A DNA stretch of 64,000 bases from Tubulanus polymorphus (lineage: Eukaryota; Animalia; Nemertea): NCBI RefSeq assembly GCF_964204645.1, contig NC_134025.1:9796001-9860000 (forward strand). The letters are read 5' to 3'. The position numbers and the translations under genes are program-made. The notes under the pieces are model-generated. The model was not told where the DNA came from. It did not search any database and worked only from the letters and a program-made list of their open reading frames with translations. This document shows, one piece after another, positions 62,416 to 64,000 of the stretch (position 1 is its first letter; every line of letters starts with the position of its first letter).

Positions 62416-63958
62416 ATGGCGAGTGGGGTTACCGCACGAATAAATCCCACTAAAAAGCAGACTTTAGAGGATGCATACTCTGCCCCTGCTAACTTTTTAG
62501 AAATAGATGTAAAAGATCCGCAAACTCACGGCGTTGGCAATAAAAGATACACCGATTATGAAATAAAACTACAGGTACCAACATTTCTTCTTGCCTCACT
62601 TTCTTTCTACATTACATTTGTTACTGTTCTTTGATATACTTATAGCGACTGTATTTTGGTGGAGTGCACCAATGACGCATGGGCACATATAGGCCCAGTT
62701 AACCTGATCGTTGGTGGTAAGCTTTTTATAATCGGATGGGCTTATACCGATTATACCATTGAGTGGTTTGTGAAAATATCCGATCGTGAAACTACACCAC
62801 AGACAGGTTACTGACTAATATAAGCCTAGGCTATGAAAATTTGTTTCATGAATATAGAAAAGTAGTAGGACAGTGTTCTTCAACTCGTTGATTGCACAAT
62901 TCTTGGTTCATTTGACTCTTTGGGTTTTAACATTGCGAAGTTGAAGCAATTTCTCGACTCCGCATAGTGAAATTTAACCTTTGGTTTTAGATCCAGTTTA
63001 TTCATGAGTAGTTTATATGTATTTTTGCTGAAATTGTACTGTTTTTATCTTATTGCAGACGAACTTGCCAGTATTTCGAGCGAAAGAGTCCAGTGTTCGA
63101 CGACGTTACAGTGATTTCGAATGGTTGCGAACTGAACTTGAAAGAGATAGTAAAGCAAGTGTTAATATAGGGCCTGTGATTCTTTAACCCATTAGCACTC
63201 AAGCCGCCTGTATCCGCCCTGCCTATTACTCCTCTAGCCGCCGGAATACGCCCTGACAATTTTCTCCTATGCTGCACGAAAATGGTTATTGTGGGATTTG
63301 AACCCAATAGCATATGATAAACAAGACGCCCAAGTCCTCGAAATACCATACAGAAATCAACATCTTCCCATTTGAAATTCTCGAGTATTTGGAGTAAGAA
63401 CATGACAGATCTGAGCGCTCACTTCAAACCCAAGTATGTTTGGATGAATTTAGGGGGGGGCACAATTTTGGTGGCCCACCTCATCAAATCTTATATCATA
63501 TGAGAGACTTGCCTATTTATTATTACAAAATAACACAAACTTGTAATGTATGAAAATAAACAGCAAATGAGCCATTAGGTATCATGATTAAATAACGACT
63601 TTCCCTTGAGTTTTCTGAGGAGTAATTGACACTACATAGTCTGAGCGCTGATTGGTTAAATAAAGATCAGTTTCGAAAAAATGATAAATAATCCTCAGTT
63701 TGTCAACTGAACCGCTAGAACTTAGTGTAATACCCATCCAGTGGTTTCAACTTTTTGTTGTTGACAAAAAGTAAAACAGGCCTAATGCTTGTCATGTTGT
63801 CTAAGATGTGAATACCGTACTTCATATTTCCAGATAGTGGTACCTCCGCTACCGGGAAAGGCTTTGAAAAAACAATTACCTTTTCGGGGTGATGACGGAA
63901 TATTCGAGGATGAATTCATCGAAGAACGGAGGAAAGGATTGGAAGGCTTCGTGAATAA
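62416..63958 (+). CDS. SNX3: Sorting nexin 3/12 (PX domain), first three exons; the gene continues past the window
   Basis: Exons 62416-62574 (KQTLEDAYSAPANFLEIDVKDPQTHGVGNKRYTDYEI), 63059-63154 (TNLPVFRAKESSVRRRYSDFEWLRTELERDSK) and 63834-63958 (IVVPPLPGKALKKQLPFRGDDGIFEDEFIEERRKGLEGFVN). Confidence 0.95.
63188..63655. mobile_element. piggyBac-like MITE in SNX3 intron 2
   Basis: TTAA-CCCATTAGCACTCA ... TGAGCGCTGATTGG-TTAA: imperfect ~14-bp TIRs beginning CC, with an intact TTAA target-site duplication on both sides. Confidence 0.7.
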
Positions 63959-64000
63959 GTGAGTGCCAAACTTGAATTAGAAATCGATTATTGAATGTTT

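Overview
This is eukaryotic (metazoan) DNA with spliceosomal introns, probably from a marine invertebrate such as a lophotrochozoan (inference). No bacterial-type operons or CRISPR arrays were seen. I reconstructed five protein-coding genes by hand: (1) an intronless ankyrin-repeat/SOCS-box (ASB-like) CDS at 10829-13042 (+); (2) RPAP1, 29 coding exons, 22039->13569 (-), about 1399 aa; (3) TCTE1/DRC5, head-to-head with RPAP1, 22738-32451 (+), 498 aa, with a 7.8-kb last intron; (4) TMEM151, 60660->44671 (-), about 569 aa, with a 14-kb intron and a candidate alternative first exon; (5) the first three exons of SNX3/SNX12 (+), including a GC-AG intron. The left ~10 kb is rich in repeats (minisatellites, MITEs, tRNA-like units, a 102-bp palindrome, a C-tract region). 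The most interesting signal is architectural. The convergent TCTE1-TMEM151 pair matches the human 6p21.1 arrangement and sits in a large CpG-rich non-coding domain, and both candidate TMEM151 start exons carry overlapping out-of-frame uORFs. I found no convincing novel protein-coding system. All assignments come from manual reading; no database searches were run.
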